This document shows, in pieces, positions 56,101 to 64,000 of a DNA stretch of 64,000 bases. The translations under genes were made by a program, and so were the position numbers. The notes under the pieces are model-generated. The model ran no database searches and was not told the origin of the DNA. It was given only the letters and a program-made list of their open reading frames with translations. Positions within the stretch are counted from its first letter, which is position 1. Each line of letters starts with the position of its first letter. The DNA lies in NCBI GenBank assembly GCA_964648665.1, contig CAZYOA010000006.1, positions 24,943 to 88,942 of the forward strand, read 5' to 3'. This stretch comes from an uncultured Planctomycetales bacterium. Its GTDB lineage: Bacteria > Omnitrophota > Gorgyraeia > Zapsychrales > Aceulaceae.

Positions 56101-57248
56101 CTCTTTTGCAGGGTTCAACGATTAAGGTTGCCGACGGATCAGAAATTAAAAAAGGTGTTATTTTCGTTAATTGGGATCCGTATACAATTCCAATTATTAC
56201 AGAGGTTAAGGGTGTTGTTAACTTTGAGGATATTAAAGAAAATGTTACTATTCAGGAAGAGCAAAATCCAATTACAGGTGTTGTAGAACGTGTTGTTGTT
56301 GAGCATAAGCAAGAATTTCATCCACAGATTATTGTTACTGATGAGAAAAAAGAAGTTCTTGGAATTTATTCAATTCCTGTTGGTGCGCATATTCTTGTTC
56401 GAGATAAAAAAGACGTTGGTGCTGGTCAACTTTTAGCAAAGATTCCTCGAGCATCGGGTAAGACACGAGATATTACTGGTGGTCTTCCACGAGTTGCTGA
56501 ATTGTTTGAAGCTCGACGACCAAAAGATCCTGCGGTTATTAGTGAGATTGATGGCTTTATTGAATTTGGTGAAGACAAAAAAGGACTTCGACAAATTATT
56601 GTTCGCAGCGAAACCGGTATGAGCAAAGAATATGTTCTTCCTCATGGAAAGCATCCTAATGTTTACAAGGGGGATCGTGTTTTTGCTGGTCAACAATTGA
56701 CAGAAGGGCCAGTTGTTCCGCATGATATTTTAAGAGTTTCTGGAGATAAGGTTCTTCAGGAATATCTTTTAAATGAGGTTCAAGAAGTTTATCGTTTACA
56801 GGGTGTTAACATTAGTGATAAACATATTGAGCTTATTATTGGACAGATGCTTAAGAAGGTTAAGATTGAAGAATCAGGAGATACAGAATTTCTTATTGGA
56901 CAACAAGTCGATCGCACTGCTTTTAAAAAGTCTAATGAAGCTGTCTTAAAAAAGAAGGGCAAGCCTGCTTCAGCAACACCACTACTTTTGGGCATTACAA
57001 AGGTTTCTTTGTCGACGGACAGTTTTATTTCTGCTGCAAGTTTCCAGGAGACAACAAGAGTCTTGACAGACGCAGCGACTTCTGGTAAAGTGGACAATTT
57101 ACGTGGCCTAAAAGAGAACGTTATCGTGGGACATTTGATTCCTGCTGGGACGGGCTACAAAACTTATCATAATATAGAAATGGTTAAATATGCCGACAAT
57201 AACACAGTTAATCAGGAAGAGAAGAACACAGAAGAGCAAAAAGGGTAA
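53145..57248 (+). CDS. rpoC: DNA-directed RNA polymerase subunit beta-prime
   Basis: Zn motif [20 protein letters not shown], catalytic [12 protein letters not shown], trigger loop/bridge helix blocks; 1367 aa. The 3' end overlaps the rpsL start. Confidence 0.98.
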   Translation: MNQEKSYDSISIKLASPEIIMSWSKGEVKKAETLNYRTLKPEKDGLFCEKIFGPVRDWECNCGKYKGIKFKGIVCDRCGVMVTRSAVRRERMGHIELACPVTHIWFYKAVPSRLSALLQITLKELEKIIYYEEYVVVDPGDTQLKLKQFLSEDKYQDCLAKYGDSFKAKIGADAILDLLHQVDLEVLCRQLRKDLDKANPAGTNAKKLAKTLKTAEDFKKSGNDVGWMILKTVPVIPPDLRPLVPLEGGRFATSDLNDLYRRVINRNNRLKKLINLNAPEIIIRNEKRMLQEAVDALLDNGRHGRPVLGSNNRPLKSLSDMLKGKQGRFRMNLLGKRVDYSGRSVIVVGPELKLHQCGLPKKMALELFEPFIIRKLRERGFVHTIKGAKRMVERAKNEVWDILDEVIQDHPIMLNRAPTLHRLSIQAFQPILVEGKAIQLHPLVCAAFNADFDGDQMAVHVPLSLEAQMECRLELLSVNNVFSPADGRPLLSPTQDIVLGLYYLTKDKADGPGQGRLFSTRQEAIIAYNDKFVGLHSRIKLRLRNEKVWGEERPSLVISQQEALGEVGDKEDRSNLVIETTIGRIIFNNLLPKNFGFVNDTMAKKKIGAVISDCYKRFSQSATVVLLDALKELGFYSATAAGISISISDMTIPEEKKVLVKNSKKEVAKVEDQYRKGIITARERYNKIIDIWTHTTESISDLVFKGMDPFNPVFIMADSGARGSRLQIRQLSGMRGLMAKPSGEIIENPIIASFREGLTVLEYFISTHGARKGLADTALKTADAGYLTRRLVDVAQEIVVVEEDCGTVNGITVSAIIEGDEIVVSLRERIVGRVALDNIVDIVTDQLVIESGHEITEEKAEIIEQLGIEKVRIRSVLTCESERGVCVHCYGRNLATQRLVEIGEAVGPIAAQSIGEPGTQLTMRTFHIGGTASRSVEQSFTRSKNNGIVHYHKLRVVQKGNEFVVLNRNGSISVNDEFGREFERYPLLQGSTIKVADGSEIKKGVIFVNWDPYTIPIITEVKGVVNFEDIKENVTIQEEQNPITGVVERVVVEHKQEFHPQIIVTDEKKEVLGIYSIPVGAHILVRDKKDVGAGQLLAKIPRASGKTRDITGGLPRVAELFEARRPKDPAVISEIDGFIEFGEDKKGLRQIIVRSETGMSKEYVLPHGKHPNVYKGDRVFAGQQLTEGPVVPHDILRVSGDKVLQEYLLNEVQEVYRLQGVNISDKHIELIIGQMLKKVKIEESGDTEFLIGQQVDRTAFKKSNEAVLKKKGKPASATPLLLGITKVSLSTDSFISAASFQETTRVLTDAATSGKVDNLRGLKENVIVGHLIPAGTGYKTYHNIEMVKYADNNTVNQEEKNTEEQKG

Positions 57249-57561
57249 ATCCCCTGCTCTGATGAATTGCCCTCAACGCAGAGGGGTCTGTCTTCAAGTT
57301 AAGACAATGACACCTAAAAAGCCAAATTCGGCTTTGCGAAAAATTGCTAGGGTTAGACTTTCAAACAAGATGGAAGTCACTTCTTATATTCCAGGCGAAG
57401 GACATAATCTTCAAGAACATTCCATTGTTCTTGTTCGTGGCGGCCGCGTTAAAGATTTGCCAGGCGTTCGATATCATATTGTTCGTGGAACTCTTGATAC
57501 AACCGGTGTAAAGGGTCGTAAGAAATCACGATCAAAATATGGAGCAAAAAGAGAAAAATAA
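57190..57561 (+). CDS. rpsL: 30S ribosomal protein S12
   Basis: Canonical [10 protein letters not shown]...[14 protein letters not shown]...[10 protein letters not shown] sequence. Confidence 0.97.
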   Translation: MPTITQLIRKRRTQKSKKGKSPALMNCPQRRGVCLQVKTMTPKKPNSALRKIARVRLSNKMEVTSYIPGEGHNLQEHSIVLVRGGRVKDLPGVRYHIVRGTLDTTGVKGRKKSRSKYGAKREK

Positions 57562-58031
57562 TGAGAAGACGCAGAGCAGAAAAAAGACCAGTACGACCAG
57601 ATCCAAAATATAAGAGTCCCTTGGTTTCAACTTTCATTTGCATGATTATGGCTGAAGGTAAAAAAACATTGGCTGAGCGTATTGTTTATGGAGCTTTTGA
57701 TATATTAAAGAAAAAAACAAATGAAGAAGATGTTGTTAAAACTTTTTCAAAGGCAATTGATAATGTTCGCCCCAAATTGCAGGTTAAGTCTAGACGTGTG
57801 GGCGGCTCTACATATCAGATTCCTATGGAAGTATCTCCATTAAAAGGTAATTCAATTGCTCTTCGATGGCTTAGAAATTTTGCATTAGCGAAAAAAGGAA
57901 AACCAATTCAAGTTAAATTAGCTGACGAACTTTATGCTGCATTTAAAGGTGAAGGACCAGCTGTTAAAAAACGTGACGAAACTCATAAAATGGCTGAAGC
58001 TAATCAGGCTTTTGCACATTTAAGATGGTAA
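57561..58031 (+). CDS. rpsG: 30S ribosomal protein S7
   Basis: S7 family (RRVGGSTYQIPMEV, AHLRW C-terminus); TAATG overlap with rpsL. Confidence 0.97.
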   Translation: MRRRRAEKRPVRPDPKYKSPLVSTFICMIMAEGKKTLAERIVYGAFDILKKKTNEEDVVKTFSKAIDNVRPKLQVKSRRVGGSTYQIPMEVSPLKGNSIALRWLRNFALAKKGKPIQVKLADELYAAFKGEGPAVKKRDETHKMAEANQAFAHLRW

Positions 58032-58037
58032 GAAAAA

Positions 58038-60128
58038 ATGGCAGATAAACATACATTAGATCAAGTTAGAAATATTGGAATTATCGCGCATATTGATGCA
58101 GGTAAGACAACGACAACGGAACGTATTCTTTTTTACGCTGGCGTTATTCACCGCATGGGTACTGTTGACGAGGGAACTGCTGTTATGGATTGGATGGCAC
58201 AAGAGCAAGAAAGAGGAATTACGATTACCTCTGCAAACACAACATGTTTTTGGCAAGATTGCAAAATTAATATTATTGACACACCAGGACACGTTGATTT
58301 TACTGTTGAAGTTGAACGTTCTTTGAAAGTTTTAGATGGTGCTGTTGTTGTGCTTTGTGCAACAAGCGGTGTTCAGCCACAAACAGAAACTGTTTGGCGT
58401 CAAGCAGATCGCTACTCAGTGCCTCGAATTATTTTTATTAATAAAATGGATCGCCTTGGAGCTAGTTTTGAAAATGTTTTAGAGCAAACTCGTGATCGAT
58501 TAGGCGCTCATTCGGCAGCGATTCAGTTTCCGGTTGGAGCTGAAGATGATTTTTCTGGCATCGTCGATGTTATCGATGAGAAATTGATTACTTATGAAGA
58601 CAAAGAAGGTGCAACACGAATTATTAAAGACCTTCCAGAAGAGCTAAAAGCTAAAGCTAAAGAGCATAAGCGTACGCTTATTGAAAAAGTTTCTGAAGTA
58701 GACGATCAATTGATGGAAAAGTTTCTTGAAGAACAAGAAATTACAAATGAAGAACTTTGCGCAGCAATAAGACGTACAGTTATTGCTAATACATTTATTC
58801 CTGTTCTTTGTGGAACAGCACTTCGCAACAAGGGTGTTCAGATGGTTTTGGATGCTGTCTGTGCTTATCTTCCGTCTCCATTAGATGTTCCTCCAATTAA
58901 GGGAATAGATCCGAAAACAGAAGAAGAGATTACACGTCAACCAAAAGAGTCTGAACCACTGGCTTCTTTAGCGTTTAAGATTGCCATGGATCCATATGTT
59001 GGAAAATTATTTTTTACACGCATTTATTCCGGAAAAATTATTTCTGGAGTTCCACTTTATAATTCAACTCAAGGTGTTAAAGAAAAAGTTTCAAAAATCG
59101 TTGTTATGCATTCTAATAAACAAGAAATTGTGAGTCAAGCTAGTGCTGGTGATATTGTTGCTTTAGTTGGATTAAAGCAATCAAAATCTGGCGACACTCT
59201 TTGCAATGAATCAGACAAAATTGTTTTAGAAAATATGAAAATTCCTGAGCCTGTTGTCTCTATGGCTGTTGAGCCTTTAACAAAAGCTGATCAGGATAAA
59301 ATGGGTATGACTTTGAGAAAGTTTTTAGACGAAGATCCTTCTTTTAGAGCTCAGTACGACAAAGAGACAGGTGAAACAATTATTTCGGGTATGGGAGAAC
59401 TTCATCTTGAAATTATTGTTGATCGCATGAAACGTGAATTTGGTCTTGAGACAAAAGTAGGACGTCCACAAGTTGCTTACAAGGAAACGATTACGCAAAA
59501 AGCAATGGGAATCACAGGAAAACACATTACTCAGTCTGGTGGTCGTGGTCAATACGGACATGTTATTATTAATGTTGAGCCTCAAGAAGAAAAAGGAAAG
59601 GGTGTTACTTTTATTGACAAGATTAAAGGTGGCGCTATTCCTCGAGAGTATATTAAACCTGTTGAACAGGGTATTCGTACGGCTGCGCTTAATGGTGTAT
59701 TGGGTGGTTATCCTGTTGATGATATTCAAGTGACACTTGTTGATGGGTCTTATCATGATGTTGATTCTAGCGAGCTAGCTTTTAAACTAGCTGCAAGGCA
59801 TGCATTGTATGAAGCTCTTAGAAAAGGAAAATCTGTTTTTCTAGAGCCGATCATGGATATCGAAGTCGTTGTTCCAGAAGATTTTATGGGAACAGTTGTT
59901 GGTGATTTAAATACAAGACGAGCAAAAATTACCGAGATGGGTAACAGAGGTATTTTAAAAACAACTCGTTGCGAGGTTCCGTTAGCAGAAATGTTTAATT
60001 ATGCTGGTGCAATTCGATCACTATCTCAAGGACGTGCTACATTTTCAATGGAACCAGCTTATTATGCAGAAGTTCCGTCTTTTGTGGCCGAAAAAATACA
60101 GGGACGAGATACAGGAAAATCAAAGTAG
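58038..60128 (+). CDS. fusA: Elongation factor G
   Basis: AHIDAGKTT, DTPGHVDF, NKMD; domains III-V (GELHLEIIVDRMKREF). Confidence 0.98.
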   Translation: MADKHTLDQVRNIGIIAHIDAGKTTTTERILFYAGVIHRMGTVDEGTAVMDWMAQEQERGITITSANTTCFWQDCKINIIDTPGHVDFTVEVERSLKVLDGAVVVLCATSGVQPQTETVWRQADRYSVPRIIFINKMDRLGASFENVLEQTRDRLGAHSAAIQFPVGAEDDFSGIVDVIDEKLITYEDKEGATRIIKDLPEELKAKAKEHKRTLIEKVSEVDDQLMEKFLEEQEITNEELCAAIRRTVIANTFIPVLCGTALRNKGVQMVLDAVCAYLPSPLDVPPIKGIDPKTEEEITRQPKESEPLASLAFKIAMDPYVGKLFFTRIYSGKIISGVPLYNSTQGVKEKVSKIVVMHSNKQEIVSQASAGDIVALVGLKQSKSGDTLCNESDKIVLENMKIPEPVVSMAVEPLTKADQDKMGMTLRKFLDEDPSFRAQYDKETGETIISGMGELHLEIIVDRMKREFGLETKVGRPQVAYKETITQKAMGITGKHITQSGGRGQYGHVIINVEPQEEKGKGVTFIDKIKGGAIPREYIKPVEQGIRTAALNGVLGGYPVDDIQVTLVDGSYHDVDSSELAFKLAARHALYEALRKGKSVFLEPIMDIEVVVPEDFMGTVVGDLNTRRAKITEMGNRGILKTTRCEVPLAEMFNYAGAIRSLSQGRATFSMEPAYYAEVPSFVAEKIQGRDTGKSK

Positions 60129-60165
60129 TTAAAAGAATTTAGTTTTTAAAGGGAGGAAAAATAGC

Positions 60166-61359
60166 ATGGCAAAAGAAAAATTCGTAAGAAATAAGCCTCA
60201 TCTAAACGTTGGAACCATTGGTCACGTTGATCATGGAAAAACAACTTTGAGCGCGGCGATTACAACGATTTTAGCAAAAAAAGGTTTAGCTACGATTCGT
60301 AGTTATGATTCAATTGATAATGCTCCTGAAGAAAAAGAAAGAGGCGTTACAATTAATATTGCTCATCTTGAGTATGAAACAGAAAATCGTCATTATGCTC
60401 ATATCGATTGTCCAGGCCATGCTGACTACATTAAGAATATGATTACAGGTGCTGCACAGATGGACGGTGCTATTCTTGTTGTATCTGCAGCTGATGGAGC
60501 TATGCCTCAAACAAGAGAGCATATCCTTTTAGCTCGTCAGGTAAACGTTCCAAAGCTTGTTGTCTTTTTAAACAAATGTGACCAAGTTGAAGACAAAGAA
60601 CTTCTAGAGCTTGTAGAGCTAGAACTTAGAGAGCTTCTTTCAAAATATAAATATGACGGAGACAATGTTCCAATTGTCATGGGAAGCGCTTTAGATGCAT
60701 TAAATAATCTAGAAGATGAAACAAAAACAAAGCCAATTATGGATCTTATGGCAGCTGTTGATTCTTATATTCCAGCTCCAGAACGAGAATTAGATAAGCC
60801 ATTTTCTATGGCCGTTGAAGATGTTTTTTCAATTTCTGGTCGTGGTACTGTGGCGACAGGACGAATTGAAAGAGGTGTTGTTAAAGTTGGTGAAGAAGTA
60901 GATATCGTTGGTCTTAGACCAGATGTTGGAAAAACTGTTGTTACAGGTGTCGAAATGTTCCGCAAAGAACTTGATCAGGGACAAGCTGGTGACAATGTTG
61001 GACTTCTTCTTCGAGGTGTTGATAAAACGTCTATTGAGCGTGGAATGGTTTTGGCTAAGCCAGGTTCAATTTCACCACATACAAAGTTTAAAGCATCTGT
61101 TTATATTTTAACAAAAGAAGAGGGTGGACGACATACTCCTTTCTTTAAGGGATATCGACCACAATTTTATTTTAGAACAACAGACGTTACAGGTACAGCG
61201 CAGCTTCCAGCAGGTGTTGAGATGGCTATGCCAGGTGATAACGTTGAACTTGAAATCGAATTGATTATGCCAGTTGCTATGGAAAAAGAGCTACGTTTTG
61301 CTATCCGTGAAGGTGGTCGAACTGTTGGTGCTGGTGTCATTTCAGAAATTATTACATAA
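60166..61359 (+). CDS. tuf: Elongation factor Tu
   Basis: [21 protein letters not shown]; 397 aa; SD gggagg. Confidence 0.98.
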   Translation: MAKEKFVRNKPHLNVGTIGHVDHGKTTLSAAITTILAKKGLATIRSYDSIDNAPEEKERGVTINIAHLEYETENRHYAHIDCPGHADYIKNMITGAAQMDGAILVVSAADGAMPQTREHILLARQVNVPKLVVFLNKCDQVEDKELLELVELELRELLSKYKYDGDNVPIVMGSALDALNNLEDETKTKPIMDLMAAVDSYIPAPERELDKPFSMAVEDVFSISGRGTVATGRIERGVVKVGEEVDIVGLRPDVGKTVVTGVEMFRKELDQGQAGDNVGLLLRGVDKTSIERGMVLAKPGSISPHTKFKASVYILTKEEGGRHTPFFKGYRPQFYFRTTDVTGTAQLPAGVEMAMPGDNVELEIELIMPVAMEKELRFAIREGGRTVGAGVISEIIT

Positions 61360-61368
61360 GAAAAAAGT

Positions 61369-61671
61369 ATGCAAAAAATAAGAATAAAACTCAAAGCTTT
61401 TGACCATCGATTGATTGATCAATCTACAGAAGAGATTGTTGAAACAGCAAAGCGAACCGGAGCTAAAATTTCTGGTCCTGTTCCTCTTCCAACAAAGAAA
61501 GAATTGTATACAGTTCTTCGTTCACCTGTGGTTGATAAAAAATCAAGAGAGCAATTTAGGCTCGCAACACATAAGCGTTTGATTGACCTTGTAGATCCAA
61601 CAGCAAAAACTGTTGAAGCTCTACGAAAGCTTAATCTTCCAGCTGGTGTTGATGTTGAGATTAAACAATAG
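61369..61671 (+). CDS. rpsJ: 30S ribosomal protein S10
   Basis: [16 protein letters not shown]...GPVPLPT signature. Confidence 0.97.
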   Translation: MQKIRIKLKAFDHRLIDQSTEEIVETAKRTGAKISGPVPLPTKKELYTVLRSPVVDKKSREQFRLATHKRLIDLVDPTAKTVEALRKLNLPAGVDVEIKQ

Positions 61672-61680
61672 GAGATTTAA

Positions 61681-62388
61681 ATGGTTCGTGGTTTGCTAGG
61701 AAAAAAAATAGGCATGACTCAAATTTTTAATAAAGACGGTAACGTTATTCCTGTGACCGTTGTAGAGGCAGGGCCATGTTATGTTCTTGAGCTTCAAGAA
61801 TCTCCTGAAAAGATTAAGCTTGGATATGAAGAGATTAAAGAGTCTAGATTGAACAAGGCTCAGCTTGGACTTTTTAAGAAAACTGGCGTTAAGCCTCTAA
61901 GAGTTGTCAAGGAAGTTGAGCCGCAAGAAGGTGATGTTTGTGAAGTTGGCCAAGAAATTAAGGCTGACATGTTCAAGCCTGGCGATTTTGTTGATGTTTC
62001 CGGTGTTTCTATCGGAAAAGGATTTCAGGGTGGTATGAAGAGATGGAATTGGGATGGCGGTCCGGCAGCACATGGATCTAAGCATCATAGACGAGTTGGT
62101 TCTATTGGTTCAAGCGCAGACCCTTCTCGCACGTTTAAAGGACGACACATGCCAGGTCATATGGGAGCGAAGAAGACGACGATACAAGGCTTGCGCATTA
62201 TGGATATAGACATTGAAAATAACCTTCTAATGATCAAAGGTGCAGTTCCTGGTCATAAAAGAGGATATATTGTTATTAATAAATCGAAAAGAAAAACATT
62301 TCGCGCGTTGGATGAACAAAAAACAGTACATGCTGTTAAAAGAAATCCGATGAAGCAAAGTAAGTCAAAAGCAAAAGGTAAGAAGTAA
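61681..62388 (+). CDS. rplC: 50S ribosomal protein L3
   Basis: GLLGKKIGMTQIF, GKGFQGGMKRWN motifs. Confidence 0.97.
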   Translation: MVRGLLGKKIGMTQIFNKDGNVIPVTVVEAGPCYVLELQESPEKIKLGYEEIKESRLNKAQLGLFKKTGVKPLRVVKEVEPQEGDVCEVGQEIKADMFKPGDFVDVSGVSIGKGFQGGMKRWNWDGGPAAHGSKHHRRVGSIGSSADPSRTFKGRHMPGHMGAKKTTIQGLRIMDIDIENNLLMIKGAVPGHKRGYIVINKSKRKTFRALDEQKTVHAVKRNPMKQSKSKAKGKK

Positions 62389-62389
62389 A

Positions 62390-63013
62390 ATGCCAGCATG
62401 CACAATACACGATATTAAGGGAAAAAAAGTAGAAGAATTTGATCTTCCAGAAAATATTTTTGGTGGTCATATTAATAAAGCGGTTTTATATCAAACTATG
62501 TTAATGTATCAAGCAAATCTTCGACAGGGAAACGCTTCTACTAAAGAACGTGCTGATGTTTCTGGTGGTGGAAAGAAACCACATCGCCAAAAAGGAACTG
62601 GTCAAGCTCGTGCTGGATCTCGACGATCTCCTCTTTGGAAGGGCGGCGGAACTACATTTGGTCCACATCCAAGAGATTTTAGTTATACATTATCTAAGAA
62701 AATTCGAGACGCAGCTCTTAAGGCTAGCTTAAACGCAAAATATAAAAGTGATGACCTTGTTTGTGTGGATAAAATAGATGTGAAGTCAGCAAAGACAAAA
62801 GATTTTGCAAATATGCTAAAAGGATTAAATTTAAGAGGTAAGGTTTTAGCTCTTGTTGATGGAGTTGATAAGGATGCAGTTTTAGCTTCTAGAAATCTTC
62901 CATTCTTTAACATGATACGCTCTTGCGATGTTACAGCATACGACATTTTAAAAAACAAAAAGATTTTATTTACAAAAGTAGCTTTAGATCAGCTTCTGAA
63001 GCGAATCAAATAA
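62390..63013 (+). CDS. rplD: 50S ribosomal protein L4
   Basis: GGGKKPHRQKGTGQARAGSRRSPLWKGGG signature. Confidence 0.97.
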   Translation: MPACTIHDIKGKKVEEFDLPENIFGGHINKAVLYQTMLMYQANLRQGNASTKERADVSGGGKKPHRQKGTGQARAGSRRSPLWKGGGTTFGPHPRDFSYTLSKKIRDAALKASLNAKYKSDDLVCVDKIDVKSAKTKDFANMLKGLNLRGKVLALVDGVDKDAVLASRNLPFFNMIRSCDVTAYDILKNKKILFTKVALDQLLKRIK

Positions 63014-63068
63014 GAAATATTTTCTAAAAACGAAAAAAAGAAAATATAAAAGAGAGTTTTACGAAAAA

Positions 63069-63347
63069 ATGATTACTAATTACGATATTGTTAAAACTTT
63101 AATTCGAACTGAAAAAGGAACTTTCTTAGAACCGCAAAGAAAATATCTTTTTCAGGTTGATAAACGTGCAACAAAAATTGATATTCAAAAAGCAATTGAA
63201 GGAATTTATAGCGTAAAAGTTCAAGATGTTAATACAATTATTGTTCCAGGAAAGAAAAAGCGCGTAAGACAAGCTTTAGGTCGCACTCCGGATTGGAAGA
63301 AGGCAGTTGTAACGCTTAAAGAAGGAAGCAAAATCGAGGTTACATAA
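63069..63347 (+). CDS. rplW: 50S ribosomal protein L23
   Basis: L23 family ([29 protein letters not shown]) and its position. Confidence 0.95.
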   Translation: MITNYDIVKTLIRTEKGTFLEPQRKYLFQVDKRATKIDIQKAIEGIYSVKVQDVNTIIVPGKKKRVRQALGRTPDWKKAVVTLKEGSKIEVT

Positions 63348-64000
63348 TGGGAATAAAGAAATTTCGTCCAACAACAAATCCATTACGACATACAATTATT
63401 TCTGACTTTGCAGAAATTACAAAATCAAAGCCTGAAAAATCGCTTTTGACTCCTTTAAAGAAGTCAGGTGGACGTAATAATCGCGGACGCATTACTGCGC
63501 GTTATCGTTCTGGTGGACACAAGAGAATGTATCGCTTAGTTGATTTTAAGCGTAATCGTATTGATGATCCTGCGGTTGTATTGGCGATTGAATATGATCC
63601 AAATCGTTCAGCACGCATCGCATTGATTGAATATCAAGACAAAACAAGATCCTATATTTTAGCACCGCTGGAATTAAAAGTTGGAAGCACGATTACAAGC
63701 ACGCATGAACAGAATGCAGAAATTTTACCTGGTAATTGCATGCCGATTCAAAAGATTCCTTTAGGAACAGCGGTTCATAATATTGAACTTTTACCTGGTA
63801 GGGGCGGAAAGATTGTTCGCTCTGCTGGAACATCAGCTCAAATTATGGCTAAGGAAGGACAGGAGGCGCATGTTCGTCTTCCGTCTAGTGAAGTAAGAAA
63901 AGTAAAGGTTAACTGTCGGGCAACAATTGGACAACTTGGTAATGTTGAGCATGAATCAAAGTCTATTGGTAAAGCCGGACGATCTCGTTGGCTAGGTCGA
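63347..64000 (+). CDS. rplB: 50S ribosomal protein L2, 3'-partial
   Basis: [15 protein letters not shown]..., [25 protein letters not shown] overlap with rplW. The frame stays open to the window end, which is why it is missing from the ORF track. Confidence 0.95.
   Translation, partial: MGIKKFRPTTNPLRHTIISDFAEITKSKPEKSLLTPLKKSGGRNNRGRITARYRSGGHKRMYRLVDFKRNRIDDPAVVLAIEYDPNRSARIALIEYQDKTRSYILAPLELKVGSTITSTHEQNAEILPGNCMPIQKIPLGTAVHNIELLPGRGGKIVRSAGTSAQIMAKEGQEAHVRLPSSEVRKVKVNCRATIGQLGNVEHESKSIGKAGRSRWLGR

Overview
AT-rich (by eye, not computed), very gene-dense bacterial chromosome segment. Every credible gene (about 65 CDS plus 2 tRNAs) is on the + strand, and many junctions are ATGA/TAATG overlaps. 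Content is almost entirely core housekeeping. In order: aromatic amino-acid genes (pheA', hisC-like, aroF, tyrA; aroA lies further on); cmk-lepA-lepB; phospholipid genes (pgsA, plsY, later plsC); yggS-proC-mtnP-ileS-dksA-like-lspA-lgt-rluD; the rod complex mreBCD-mrdA-rodA; and an ~11-kb type IV pilus locus. That locus holds a stand-alone MshEN-like domain protein, two tandem PilB-type ATPases, pilC, an exported coiled-coil protein, pilA and pilMNOPQ. Then come rng-rplU-obg-proBA-nadD, a PGM/PMM, rpsA and tyrS. The window ends with a ~17.5-kb uninterrupted block: tRNA-Thr, rpmG (missed by the ORF track), tRNA-Trp, secE, nusG, rplKAJL, rpoBC, rpsLG, fusA, tuf, rpsJ, rplCDW and rplB'. The secretin, Lgt/LspA and an SI3-like insertion in the beta-prime trigger loop point to a diderm lineage; I cannot assign taxonomy without a search. 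I saw no IS elements, integrases, CRISPR arrays, prophage genes or recognisable defence/toxin modules, and I do not find a convincing brand-new multi-gene system. Four things are most worth follow-up. (1) The unusual front end of the pilus locus: a split-off c-di-GMP-type MshEN domain, duplicated extension-type ATPases and no PilT-type ATPase. (2) An orphan ~0.8-kb island at 8.7-9.5 kb with a structured leader and an unrecognisable 106-aa ORF. (3) A repeat-containing, SD-sequestering pilA leader. (4) A 59-nt out-of-frame rpoC/rpsL overlap. All calls rest on motif recognition by eye and manual base-pair checks; no searches or folding programs were run.
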